DNA of 64,000 nucleotides, from positions 45,555 to 109,554 of the IMG/VR virus record IMGVR_UViG_3300020439_000003; one strand, 5' to 3'. Source of the stretch: a virus. The translations under genes were made by a program, and so were the position numbers. Of the stretch, positions 17,696-27,900 are shown piece by piece. The notes beneath the pieces were generated by a model. That model had not been told where the DNA came from. It saw only the letters and a list, made by a program, of their open reading frames with translations, and searched no databases. The first letter of the stretch is position 1. Each line of letters opens with the position of its first letter.

Positions 17696-18174
17696 TACTT
17701 AGTCTTATTCAGTTCTTCGTCAGTTGCTGCTTGATTGCTCTCCCAGTTACTAAACTTGGAGTAATCCTTACCTTTCTTACTGTAAGGAGAGTTGGTCTTA
17801 ACTTTGACCAACTTACGCTTCTCTTGGATCTCACTTTCAATCCAAGGTTCAGGATCAACACCCATGACAAACTGACGGTAGAGGTTAAGTGTTTCCAGTC
17901 CACCTTCCAGTTTCACAATCTCATCACGAAGTGCATTCATTTGAGTGAAGTCAACACGAGTCTCTTCTCTATCAAATGACATTGCACTCAATGCTTCTTG
18001 GAGTTTAGAATACTCATTGTATTTCTCACGATGTTGATACATCAGGTTACGCCAGAGATCATCAAAAGACTTGACTGCTTCCTTTGCAGATTCAACTTCT
18101 TCGATGAGTTCGGGCGGAAGGTCCACTTCAAGTGCTTCTTCTAGCACTTCTTGTGATACATTTTCCTCAGACAT
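17695..18174 (-). CDS. acidic coiled-coil hypothetical protein
   Basis: MSEENVSQEVLEE...; lies between the halogenase and the oxygenase run. Confidence 0.7.
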   Translation of the reverse strand: MSEENVSQEVLEEALEVDLPPELIEEVESAKEAVKSFDDLWRNLMYQHREKYNEYSKLQEALSAMSFDREETRVDFTQMNALRDEIVKLEGGLETLNLYRQFVMGVDPEPWIESEIQEKRKLVKVKTNSPYSKKGKDYSKFSNWESNQAATDEELNKTK

Positions 18175-18176
18175 AA

Positions 18177-19766
18177 TCATTCCTTGTAAATAGTGTTCTT
18201 TTGGAACTGGTAGGACGACGGTAAAGTCATACACCAATCATACATCTCTTTGTCCCATTCGTCAAACCTCAGTTCTGCTGTTAGTAGTTCTTCGGCATCG
18301 ACTCGCGGATCGAGACTGTTCTGTAACCTTTTCAGGGTCAACGTGTGATTATTTAGTGGGTTGAATCCCATGCCTGCTGCAATATACCTCAACCCATCAT
18401 TGTGTGCTGGATCACCAGCAAACTCATAGAGCACATGCTTCTCGGATGCATATCTCATGAAGAGATTATCAAGGGCACCAGTAGAGAAATCATAATCTAT
18501 TTCATTAGAAACATACTGCCAGTATTCTGTCTCTCTATTAGAGAAAGCATAATGGGCAGCAATGAAGTTTTTGAATCCTTCAATCTCTAAATCGTTGACT
18601 ATATTTAGCATGTCAACTTCTACCCTAGGAACGAATCCTTGACGCCCTGAGAGGTTATTACATAGGCGTATGATCTGTTCATGGGTAACAAGCAGTCCCG
18701 TCGCTTCTAGGGGTTCTACGAAGCAGTTAGAGAGACCAACTGCACATACATTCTTGACCCATGATTTCTCATGTTTACCATTTCTAAATGGTACATGGTT
18801 GAATGATGCTTTATCAGCACGTTCTTTACCTCTGGTCTTAATCAGATAGTTATACAGTTGATGTTCTGCCTCACCCTTAGTTGCAAACCCAGATGAGTAT
18901 ACATATCCAACACCAGATCTCTCCCACAGTGGTACATCCCACACCCAACCATTATCAATGGCAGTGCAATTTGTACTGTTAGTAATCTCTGTCTCCTTAT
19001 CTACATGTGGCATGTGACATGTCACAGCACTATCATTAAGAAGGCAACCACCACCATCTTTGTGGAATGAAACAAAATCTTGCTTCATGAATCCACCAAG
19101 TAAGAGTGATTTGAATCCAGTACAATCAATATACAGATCATACTCAAACTCACGATCATCGTCAGTGATTAGTTTAGTAATATATCCTTGACTGTCTTTC
19201 TCACAACGAGCAATGTTACCTTGATGATAATCAAGACCCAAAGGTAGACACCAGTTGTTCTTCAACCACTGACCAAACTTAATGGCATCCATGTGGTATG
19301 CAGTGTCTGCTTCAAAGTGAAACCTAGGGTCATCAGTTAGTTTATTATGATGCGCCAGTTGTCCCACTAAGTTGTGAAGACGTGCGAATGATTGTCTTGG
19401 ATACTTCTCTGGATTCTGTAAATTAAGAGAGAACCATGACATCCACCCATGTGGACATAGTTCTAGTCTCTCTTGTGCAGATCCAAAAGGATAATCCCAG
19501 GTCTCTCCTTCCTTATAGAAATCATTGAACCTGATATTAGTTTTATATGTGGATCCAGTATCTTTCATCCACATATGATCTTCTAAACCAAGAATGGCAA
19601 AGAAGTCATTGATCTGACCCAAAGTAGATTCACCTACACCAATAACAGGGTAGTCTGGTGATTCAATCAGTGAAGTTTTAATATGTGGGCAAAGTTTCAA
19701 AAGGGCGGCAGCGGTCATCCAACCAGCAGTGCCGCCCCCCACGATGAGGACATTACGAATTTGCAT
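18177..19766 (-). CDS. flavin-dependent halogenase, tryptophan halogenase (PrnA) family
   Basis: GGGTAGW, IGVGEST, catalytic-position Lys in TYKTNIRF, IDCTGF, GWVWDVP (WxWxIP-like), FVEPLEATG. Confidence 0.9.
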   Translation of the reverse strand: MQIRNVLIVGGGTAGWMTAAALLKLCPHIKTSLIESPDYPVIGVGESTLGQINDFFAILGLEDHMWMKDTGSTYKTNIRFNDFYKEGETWDYPFGSAQERLELCPHGWMSWFSLNLQNPEKYPRQSFARLHNLVGQLAHHNKLTDDPRFHFEADTAYHMDAIKFGQWLKNNWCLPLGLDYHQGNIARCEKDSQGYITKLITDDDREFEYDLYIDCTGFKSLLLGGFMKQDFVSFHKDGGGCLLNDSAVTCHMPHVDKETEITNSTNCTAIDNGWVWDVPLWERSGVGYVYSSGFATKGEAEHQLYNYLIKTRGKERADKASFNHVPFRNGKHEKSWVKNVCAVGLSNCFVEPLEATGLLVTHEQIIRLCNNLSGRQGFVPRVEVDMLNIVNDLEIEGFKNFIAAHYAFSNRETEYWQYVSNEIDYDFSTGALDNLFMRYASEKHVLYEFAGDPAHNDGLRYIAAGMGFNPLNNHTLTLKRLQNSLDPRVDAEELLTAELRFDEWDKEMYDWCMTLPSSYQFQKNTIYKE

Positions 19767-19769
19767 AAA

Positions 19770-20378
19770 TTAGTCTTCTCTGACTGTCTCAGGATGTTCA
19801 GTTACTGCTTCACCTAGTTCGGGGTTAGTATCTACTGCTTCGGCAGATGCAGGGGCAGTAGTAACAGGTTGATCTGCCATAGTTTCAGCGGCAGGTGCAT
19901 CATGAAGATCAGGGTTGTATGCACCAACCTTGAACTCTTTCTGTGCTTCCACAGGAATCTCAAACTCAGTCAACCATGAAGGAATCTCTTCACTATGAGG
20001 GAAGGGTTCGTTAGGCAGAACTTTGTTACCTTCTTCATCATATTCAACCTCAGGGAGTTCAGTCTTCACACCAGCAATGTGCTTGAAGAATTCACCACCC
20101 TTAGCAGCATCGCCGAAGAGTCCTGCTTCAATATCTTTATACAACTTGGACAGTTGCATACCAGGATCACCATATGCAACGATACGGAGAGTCTCAGGAT
20201 CATGGAATTCAAAGTCAGGAATCCACTCACCAAGTTCAAGTTTCCAGTCGATAGTACCTTCGTCAGGAATATCGATCCATCTCAAACCAGAACCAGGTCC
20301 AGTGTAGACTTCAAACTCTTCACCTTCGTTGATGATGTCTGTAATAAATCCGTCTGCGCGGACAAGTGCTCTTTTCAT
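19770..20378 (-). CDS. putative tail-fibre-associated or assembly chaperone
   Basis: R..AY....QL..LYKDI..G......F...I..VK pattern seen downstream of fibre genes. Confidence 0.55.
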   Translation of the reverse strand: MKRALVRADGFITDIINEGEEFEVYTGPGSGLRWIDIPDEGTIDWKLELGEWIPDFEFHDPETLRIVAYGDPGMQLSKLYKDIEAGLFGDAAKGGEFFKHIAGVKTELPEVEYDEEGNKVLPNEPFPHSEEIPSWLTEFEIPVEAQKEFKVGAYNPDLHDAPAAETMADQPVTTAPASAEAVDTNPELGEAVTEHPETVRED

Positions 20379-20384
20379 TGTTCT

Positions 20385-21185
20385 TTAATCGAATTCGTAA
20401 ACGACAACAATACCCTGACGACCGTCGCCGCCACGTTCTCTGTTTCTAGCAGAAGAACCGCCAGCACCGTAAGCAGCATGACCTCTATGGCGCTGCGCCC
20501 ACTGTTGCTGTCTGTGAGAAGTTGGTGAAGAACCACCCCAGAAGGAGTGTCCACCATGACCGAGACCAGGAGGATTACGGTGACCCTGTGAAGAACCACC
20601 ATAGATTCTTACAGCACCCTGAGAGGGGTTACCACCAGTAGATCCATCATGTTGTTGTCTACGGTTGGCACCCTGTCCACCACCAGATGAACAGTAGTTA
20701 CCGAAACTTGATGTACCACCATTGCCACCACGTTGAGAATAGTTAGTACCACCACCTGCACCACCCACGGTCACAGAGATAGAGTTAATGTTCTGAACGT
20801 TGACAATCTGCTCAGTGTGTGCGCCAGCAGCACCAGATTCTCCATAACCTGATCCACCGCCACCACCAGCAGTACACATAACCCAGATACGTTTAATACC
20901 TGTGGGTTTGTTCCAAGTGGAGTTACTATTGTACACTGAGATAGACTTAGGTCCACCACCAGTTTGTACAGTTGCCCACGACATCGATGTGCCGTTGGTA
21001 GAGAGATACTTACCTGATTGTCCCGAGATAGATGGGATAACCTGAGAAGATGAACCACCGATAGTTCCATTGATTACGATGTTACTAACGGTAAGAGTAC
21101 CGTTCACAGTAATAGAACCAGAACTGAGGTTAAGTCCACCAGAACCAGATAGGTCTCTAATTGAAGATACTTTAAGGGTACTCAT
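20385..21185 (-). CDS. glycine-rich tail fibre/adhesin protein, paralog B
   Basis: MSTLKVSSIRD...GKYLSTNG...TWNKPTG...GGGGGSG...GIVVVYEF Gly-rich domain. Confidence 0.75.
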   Translation of the reverse strand: MSTLKVSSIRDLSGSGGLNLSSGSITVNGTLTVSNIVINGTIGGSSSQVIPSISGQSGKYLSTNGTSMSWATVQTGGGPKSISVYNSNSTWNKPTGIKRIWVMCTAGGGGGSGYGESGAAGAHTEQIVNVQNINSISVTVGGAGGGTNYSQRGGNGGTSSFGNYCSSGGGQGANRRQQHDGSTGGNPSQGAVRIYGGSSQGHRNPPGLGHGGHSFWGGSSPTSHRQQQWAQRHRGHAAYGAGGSSARNRERGGDGRQGIVVVYEFD

Positions 21186-21209
21186 TGATTACTAGGTCTC
21201 CTTCGTTGT

Positions 21210-21217
21210 TATTTATA
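21210..21217 (-). promoter_or_regulatory. T4-type late promoter
   Basis: TATAAATA followed by an AGGAG RBS. Confidence 0.75.
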
Positions 21218-22021
21218 TCAAATGAATTCGTAGACTACGATGATGCCTTGGCGTCCATCACCACCACGTTCTCTGTTACGACCTGAGGAACCACCAGCAC
21301 CATAGGCAGCATGTCCTCTGTGACGTTGTGCCCATTGCTGCTGTCTGTGTGCAGTTGGAGATGCACCGCCCCAGAATGATCCACCACCATGTCCTAGACC
21401 TGGGGGATTTCTGTGACCTTGACTTGACCCTCCATAAATTCTAACAGAACCTTGTGATGGGTTCCCGCCTGTGGATCCATCGTGCTGCTGTCTGCGATTT
21501 GCGCCTTGACCGCCGCCTGATGAGCAGTAGTTACCAAATGATGACGTTCCACCATTGCCAGCGCGACCACTGTAATTAACACCACCACCACCGCCACCAA
21601 CTGTAACACTAATCGAGTTGATATTTGTGACATCTACAAAAGACTCCGTGTGAGCACCAGCAGCACCTGATTCACCATAACCTGAACCACCACCGCCACC
21701 AGCAGTACATTTAACCCAGATACGCTTAACTCCACTAGGTTTGTTCCAAGTGGAGTTACTATTGTATACCGAAATACTATTAGGAAGACCTAAGTTACCA
21801 CCACCTTGTTGCCAAGAGATAGTAGAACCATTGGTGTAAAGGAACTTACCGCCTTGACCCGACTGTGATGGAATAATATATCCAGAGGATCCAGTTACGT
21901 TTCCGTTAATAACAATATGAGTTACATTGAGAGTCCCGTTCGCAGTAATAGAACCACCAGAGAAGGACATACCCCCTTGGTTACCTAGATCTTTTACTTG
22001 TGCTACATTTAGTCGAGTCAT
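21218..22021 (-). CDS. glycine-rich tail fibre/adhesin protein, paralog A
   Basis: Same architecture as 20385-21185, with a near-identical C-terminal domain. Confidence 0.75.
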   Translation of the reverse strand: MTRLNVAQVKDLGNQGGMSFSGGSITANGTLNVTHIVINGNVTGSSGYIIPSQSGQGGKFLYTNGSTISWQQGGGNLGLPNSISVYNSNSTWNKPSGVKRIWVKCTAGGGGGSGYGESGAAGAHTESFVDVTNINSISVTVGGGGGGVNYSGRAGNGGTSSFGNYCSSGGGQGANRRQQHDGSTGGNPSQGSVRIYGGSSQGHRNPPGLGHGGGSFWGGASPTAHRQQQWAQRHRGHAAYGAGGSSGRNRERGGDGRQGIIVVYEFI

Positions 22022-22761
22022 TGTTGTTGATCTAACTCTTTTCTTTTATTTAGTTGTTCAGCACCTACATGTTGAAGTGGAACAACCCTGAACGCATACT
22101 TACCATTATCTAGGATCTCGGGAATAAAGTTCATACTAATAGTAGTACGTCCCTTCCAGAGATTGAAGACACCTTCATAACCATGCACAGTCTCTGCTGA
22201 CCATATAAACAGACAACCTTCTTGTGGTTTGGTCTGGTGAACTTCCTTTGTATATTTATTACCCTCGTTTGCTATACGAGGTGATCTCATCTGTTGAATA
22301 ACTGGATGTCCCTCTTTCTGAGGTACACGATAGAAATCCAAAGGTGAATGAATCTTGGGATCAAAGTCAACAAAATATGTACCAACGATGATACAGTTGT
22401 TGTGATTGTGTTTGATCTGCCAACAATGCTCTTTCGAGCAATGATTCAACCAACAGTCAGTAATCAATAGATTAGATCCATTGAGTTCATATTCTAACAC
22501 ATCAGTGAAGTAGTCAGTCGCTGCGTCTAACAGAAACTTCTCAAAGTCTTTGAATCGATCATCATAACGTAAAAGATTACTATTAGAGATATTAAAGTAA
22601 TGGTGCAGATTCTCCTCTGCTACATTACTATTCCACTCAGGATGCCCTGGTTGTATCTCATCAATGATCTTATGACATACTTCCTTGATAACCTCATTGT
22701 CGCCATCATAATAATACTTCCCAAAGACTTGTGGGAAGTATTCTTCAAGTTCACGTTTCAT
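22018..22761 (-). CDS. 2OG-Fe(II) oxygenase, HxH type, embedded among fibre genes
   Basis: CWLN...IKHNHNN...WSAETVHGY...RTTISMN; ATGA-coupled on both sides. Confidence 0.8.
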   Translation of the reverse strand: MKRELEEYFPQVFGKYYYDGDNEVIKEVCHKIIDEIQPGHPEWNSNVAEENLHHYFNISNSNLLRYDDRFKDFEKFLLDAATDYFTDVLEYELNGSNLLITDCWLNHCSKEHCWQIKHNHNNCIIVGTYFVDFDPKIHSPLDFYRVPQKEGHPVIQQMRSPRIANEGNKYTKEVHQTKPQEGCLFIWSAETVHGYEGVFNLWKGRTTISMNFIPEILDNGKYAFRVVPLQHVGAEQLNKRKELDQQQ

Positions 22762-24011
22762 CTATTATGTTGATTAGTTGATAACAAATAGTAACTTCCG
22801 ATACTGTATGCACCACCGTCATTGAATCCGATGTTGCTAAGGTTTTTCAAGTTGTTTCTTGATCCACCGTACATATTTAGATAACCGCTGTCAGAGTAGT
22901 CACCGTTAGGTTCAGAGTGGGTGTTGTCTCTCAACCACCACTTTCCACCATCAGGTACACGCCACTCACCAACATTGTTACCACCATAGTCAGATGACCT
23001 CATAATACGAGAGGTGTAGTTACCTCCACCACCGTTCTTGAAGACAGCGCCACACCCAACAAAGAAGTTAGGCCAGTTACCTCCGTTGACGATTGTAGCA
23101 TAGTTAGCAGCAGCACGCCATGCATACTTGGAGCGACCATAGAACATATCAAGACCAAAGTCAACACCAGAGTGATACTGACCATTGTAATTCACACTAC
23201 GACCACCACCATTGATGGGATAGAAGTCATAACCACCACCATCCTCTGTGGTATCAACATACATTTGCAGTGCGTTGGGCATACTGTGTGACTGGATCCA
23301 GTATGTTCCATTGCTATTGCAGTGTCCATATTCTACACCAAACTTACCAGATTCAAGTGGAGAACTAGGTGAACTACCATTACCAAAGTTTAGTTCAGAT
23401 GCATTAACAATCTCTAACTTAGCATGGGAGATATAATATGCTTCGTCGCCTCTACTTTGGTTCAGTCCAGTATAGTGTTCAATACTAATACTATTAGAGG
23501 TATGTTGTCTCCAACCAGATGAAAACTTAATATACCCCATTGATGAGTCATTAGAACCGTTCCATGGTTCATAACTATAATCAACGTTGAAACGTGCTAA
23601 CAATACAGGAGAAGTTTCAGACTGGTTATGGTCACAGTTCATCTCTCTGAATCTGTTCTCATTCCAGATCTTACGCCAGTTAGCAATACGATTGCCATCA
23701 ATGTTGACGTATTGATACTCATTATCCCATGAGTCAACATGGTGAATAACACACGAATACTTAATGTATTGGTGTGATGGTAATCCACTCAGGTTGAGTG
23801 TATAGGATCTAGGAGATCCACCCCAACCGTGCCAATATCCTGTGCTAGAAAACTCAGGACGTGCGTACATACTGGAATACTCACTACGATTCCAGTTAGA
23901 GAGATAGTTACGACAGTCGTTTCCTTCGTCGTACCAAACTTCTCGTTGAGCAAAACCTCCGCCACCACCGCCGCCGATAGTAGCAATTTTAGCGAGTCCA
24001 ATACTAGGCAT
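22758..24011 (-). CDS. putative receptor-binding protein with fibrinogen-like and C-type-lectin-like motifs
   Basis: GTYWI...MYVDTTEDGGGY (YCDxxxxGGGW-like); W..PDGG.W......EPNGDY. Confidence 0.6.
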   Translation of the reverse strand: MPSIGLAKIATIGGGGGGGFAQREVWYDEGNDCRNYLSNWNRSEYSSMYARPEFSSTGYWHGWGGSPRSYTLNLSGLPSHQYIKYSCVIHHVDSWDNEYQYVNIDGNRIANWRKIWNENRFREMNCDHNQSETSPVLLARFNVDYSYEPWNGSNDSSMGYIKFSSGWRQHTSNSISIEHYTGLNQSRGDEAYYISHAKLEIVNASELNFGNGSSPSSPLESGKFGVEYGHCNSNGTYWIQSHSMPNALQMYVDTTEDGGGYDFYPINGGGRSVNYNGQYHSGVDFGLDMFYGRSKYAWRAAANYATIVNGGNWPNFFVGCGAVFKNGGGGNYTSRIMRSSDYGGNNVGEWRVPDGGKWWLRDNTHSEPNGDYSDSGYLNMYGGSRNNLKNLSNIGFNDGGAYSIGSYYLLSTNQHNR

Positions 24012-24013
24012 AA

Positions 24014-24880
24014 TTAGTCGTTATCTTCAAATCCTTGTGGGTTCAAGAACACTCTCCATGTAGCACCATCTAGGTAGAAGAAGAAGTTCAAGAGATCATA
24101 TCCATTACCAGGCGAGTATCCACCGTTTAATGTAGCAGTCTGACCGTTGATTTGTACACCATTGAGGTTACCAGACGTAGCAGTTGCTTGTCTAATTAGA
24201 ACCTGTGCAACATACATAAAACCAGCAATGTTAGGGACATTCTGGAAATTCAATGTAAAGTTGTTAGTATATGTAGTGGGATTTTGAGTTTCAAAGATTT
24301 GTGCCTGTGAATGATCCAAAGCAACTGTACTTGACAGTGCGAAAGAAATCATTCTTTCCTTGGTTTGACCAAACTCAAAGGTCGAACCAGCAACCATTCT
24401 CAGATGGTTGTTAACAGCAGCGTAGTTGAAATATCTATATGCTGAGAGATCTTCGTCAACACCAATCAGTGTCCACGTTGCATTATTCTCAATAGTAACA
24501 GTACGACCGTTAGCAATAGTAATAGGAGCAGCAGAGAAACCGTTGCTAAACTCTATACCATTGTTAGCACTTGGACCAATAGTTAAGTTTTCATTGATAG
24601 TAGTACCGTTAGTTCTGATAATAGAATCCTCACCAACAGATGGTCCACCACCACCAACATCGTCCCAACCAGGAGAACCAGGACCGTTGACATCAGGGAG
24701 ATAACCCTGAATCATTTTCTCAGTTTCGTTATATACAATCGTACCGAGAGCAACAGTGCCTAGTGCATTGATTTCAGTCTGGTTGAGATTAGGCAAGTTG
24801 ATCTGCTCTGTGACAGTCAGGGCGGTGATGATCGCCCTTGTCGCATCGCTAATCTGATTACCTATAATTTTTGTGGACAT
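24014..24880 (-). CDS. virion structural / fibre connector protein
   Basis: GTIVYNET...W..VGGGGPS.G.DSIIRTN..TI.EN.TI...TIANG.TVTI, motifs common in cyanophage fibre proteins. Confidence 0.7.
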   Translation of the reverse strand: MSTKIIGNQISDATRAIITALTVTEQINLPNLNQTEINALGTVALGTIVYNETEKMIQGYLPDVNGPGSPGWDDVGGGGPSVGEDSIIRTNGTTINENLTIGPSANNGIEFSNGFSAAPITIANGRTVTIENNATWTLIGVDEDLSAYRYFNYAAVNNHLRMVAGSTFEFGQTKERMISFALSSTVALDHSQAQIFETQNPTTYTNNFTLNFQNVPNIAGFMYVAQVLIRQATATSGNLNGVQINGQTATLNGGYSPGNGYDLLNFFFYLDGATWRVFLNPQGFEDND

Positions 24881-24900
24881 TAGATTCTCTTGCTAATTGT

Positions 24901-27900
24901 TTAGATAACAAGTTCACGAATTTGAATCACGTCACCTGTGGCAGGAATAGTCGCGCCACCAATAGAGAAGTCAACAGCATTACCAGTTACGGTGTAGTCA
25001 ACACCAGGGACTTGACATACACCATTCAAGAATACAAGTACAGAGTATGCAGTATGACCAGGAGAGATTGCAAAGGTAACAGTAGAACCGTTGCCATTGT
25101 AAGTGATACCATTGTTACCACTACTTAAACCTGTCGCTAATCTATATTTATCTGCACAACCATACTTTCCTGATACGTCAATGTCACCATTAAAGTAGGT
25201 GTTACCACTAACCTTCAATCGGTTAGAGGCATCAGGTGCCATACCAATACCATAATTAGTGACACCAGAATAGCGTTGGGATGTAATCGGAGCAGTATCA
25301 CTCAGACCCATCTTATACCATGTACCAGCATCATATACCCAACCAAGTGATTGACCAGGGGTCCAATCAATGTTATAGCAGATGTCTCCACTGTTAAATG
25401 CAAGACCAGCATCAAGATCAGGGAGTCCAGCAACTTCTTCTGCGAGGAAAGTCTGTTTCAGAACAGTACCATCATCGTTAGAATAAGTAAACTTCAACGA
25501 CTGGATCTCATCCTGTGATGTCAGTTTCTTCTGCATGGTCACAGGACCAGAGAATACTGACTCCAACTGGTTAGATGCACCACCAATCACGGTGAGTTTA
25601 TCAGTCAGCACCAACTCAGAGAACGTCTCAATAGTTGTACCTTCCTCACCCAACACATTCAACTGTGCAATATCTTCGTTAGTGATCTGACCCGTAACAG
25701 GGTTAATCACCTGGTTACCCACGAAGAGTTCACCATCACTGTTCACACCAGAGTAGTATGCAACACCTGCTGCTTCTTTGAGTGACTGTGATAGTCTAAC
25801 CTGTTCAGGTTTGAGCACTTCCACCTGGGTAGATGGGAATGCAGTTGAATAGTTACCAGGACCGAAACCAAGATACTCAAACGTGTGACCAGATGCTCTA
25901 AGAATAGAGTATCTTCTCAGTTCGATTGAGAGAGGAGCAACAGAGTTATCAGGGTTAAGTTGGAGAGGAATCTTTCTCTCTTCCTCATCACCCAGACGTG
26001 CAGTCACAACAATACCAGTCAATGTGTTCGTGGTAGTAGTGTAACCTAGGTTGTTCTCAGTTTCTTGTAGGAAGAACTGTGCTGTCTCCTTAGTAATAGA
26101 CAACTGAGTGTCTTCATTGGGAGTAGGAGTTGCACCATCAGTAGTTCTAACCAGACCCAGAGTCTCGTTATCTGCCACAGATACAGATGCAGCGGGGTCA
26201 GCAACAGGATTGTCTCTGTCAAATGCAGGGTAGATGTCTACTGTCTGCTGTGAGAATTCAAAGTCATTGAAGTTCTGTGCAGCAGGAGATACAGATGCAG
26301 AAAGCATCGTGAGATAGTAGATACCATCAGCAACACCACGCTCAAATGTTTGGAACGTCTCTACATCATAGATGTAGTATGTCTTACTATATGATGGTGA
26401 GTTAGTTTCAGACGATCTTGGTTGCATAACGAAACCAGTGATCGGAGGACGAGGAACAGGGAATGCATCCTTGTCCAATACATATCTGAAACGATAGGTT
26501 CTGTCATTCAAGTCACGAGCATCAGGGATACGACGGATGAACGTAGTAGGTGTAAATCCGAGGTTCTGATACAGCGAGTTCGCTTGAAGTGTGGTGTAGA
26601 TAGTGTTAGCAGCACTGTCTACTTGCAGATACCACTGACTACGATTACTATCCCATTTCAGTGGGTTGTCATCATCACCTGCTCTTGTACCAGTAACGGT
26701 AGGACCAGAGGGTGAAATGTTTGCGTAGTGAGTAGTTGGGTCGGACGCGCCAGACGCGACGAGTGAAACGTAGATCTTATCAGGAGTATTGACATCATCG
26801 CGTCTTGCGCCAATAGTATAACCCTGGATCTTACTGGGCGGTCTACCTGCTTCGGAAGTATATCCATACAGATAGAGTCTAGAAGCATCTGCTTCTGCCT
26901 TTGTAGTTGTAATATCAATAGTCACCCAGTTAATGGAGATCTCTTCTACATCTGATAGAGACTTGGGTGGGATGATGTGAGTAATTTGCCCTGCTTTGTC
27001 CTTGGTAAATGACGCAGCTTTGAACCCTTTGGATCGTAGGGATGTGTTACCGAAGTTTGAGTTAGAGTTCGTGATAGAGAGGTCACCACCACTGTCGGAG
27101 AAGAAGTGGTCACCGAATCCCACGGCGAACACTGACACAACCTGGATAAAAGAGTCATTGGATGCTTTAATATGAACGTGTCGCCATCCACGTCTATACT
27201 CTGCTAGACCGTTGATGTGAGCACCTGAACCTGCCGCTTGTGGTTCATATTGTCCAGTCGATTGGTTATATACAACGAATGCACGGTCATCCTTTTGTAG
27301 GGAGATACCCGTGAACTGTGCAACCACCATCGATTTGAAACCAGTTGCCTGGGAACCATCGGCGTGCATACCATTGATACCCCATACAGAACGTAGGGAG
27401 CAGTTGAACACATATGGTGAGGCAGAGTCAACGGTATCAATCTCAACCTTCACGAGGATGTTTGAACCAATAGCATTACCGCTAGGTTCAGATGACATTT
27501 GATAGGTGAATTGGTTACCCTGTGCTGAGGTTACCAAGAACGATCCATTATAGAGTAGTTGATCCTGCTCAGTAGGACCAGTAACGCCAGATATATTAAC
27601 AGCGACACCCACGGAGAATCCGTGATTCTTCGGGTTGCCAAGTTCATCCACCGTAAATGCCGTGGCAGTTTGTCCATTACGGATAATCTGAGATACAGCA
27701 AATTCGTCAGAAATAGGACCAACGATCCTGTTTTCTTCGATTCTTGCCTGCAACTGGTCTTGTGCAACAACGCCAGAAGAGTCAGGAATAGTAGCGTATG
27801 CTTTCGAGATCTTCTGATAGTAGAGACTCAGATCTTCGGGGTTAGCATACTCAAAGCAAGTAATCTTGTGGTGAGAGAAGTTAGGTGCAATAGTAGCGAT

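Noticed and set aside
12849-19766. Classical RiPP cluster with a short precursor peptide
   Set aside because: No leader/core precursor, transporter or dedicated peptidase is visible near the tailoring enzymes.
20385-22021. Tandem paralogs as a diversity-generating retroelement template/variable pair
   Set aside because: Both are intact ORFs, the differences are not adenine-specific, and no reverse transcriptase is present.
4508-22761. Oxygenases as 2OG-dependent halogenases or TET/JBP/AlkB DNA modifiers
   Set aside because: None has the HxA/G halogenase signature, and I do not recognise TET/JBP or AlkB-specific motifs. DNA substrates are not excluded, only unsupported.
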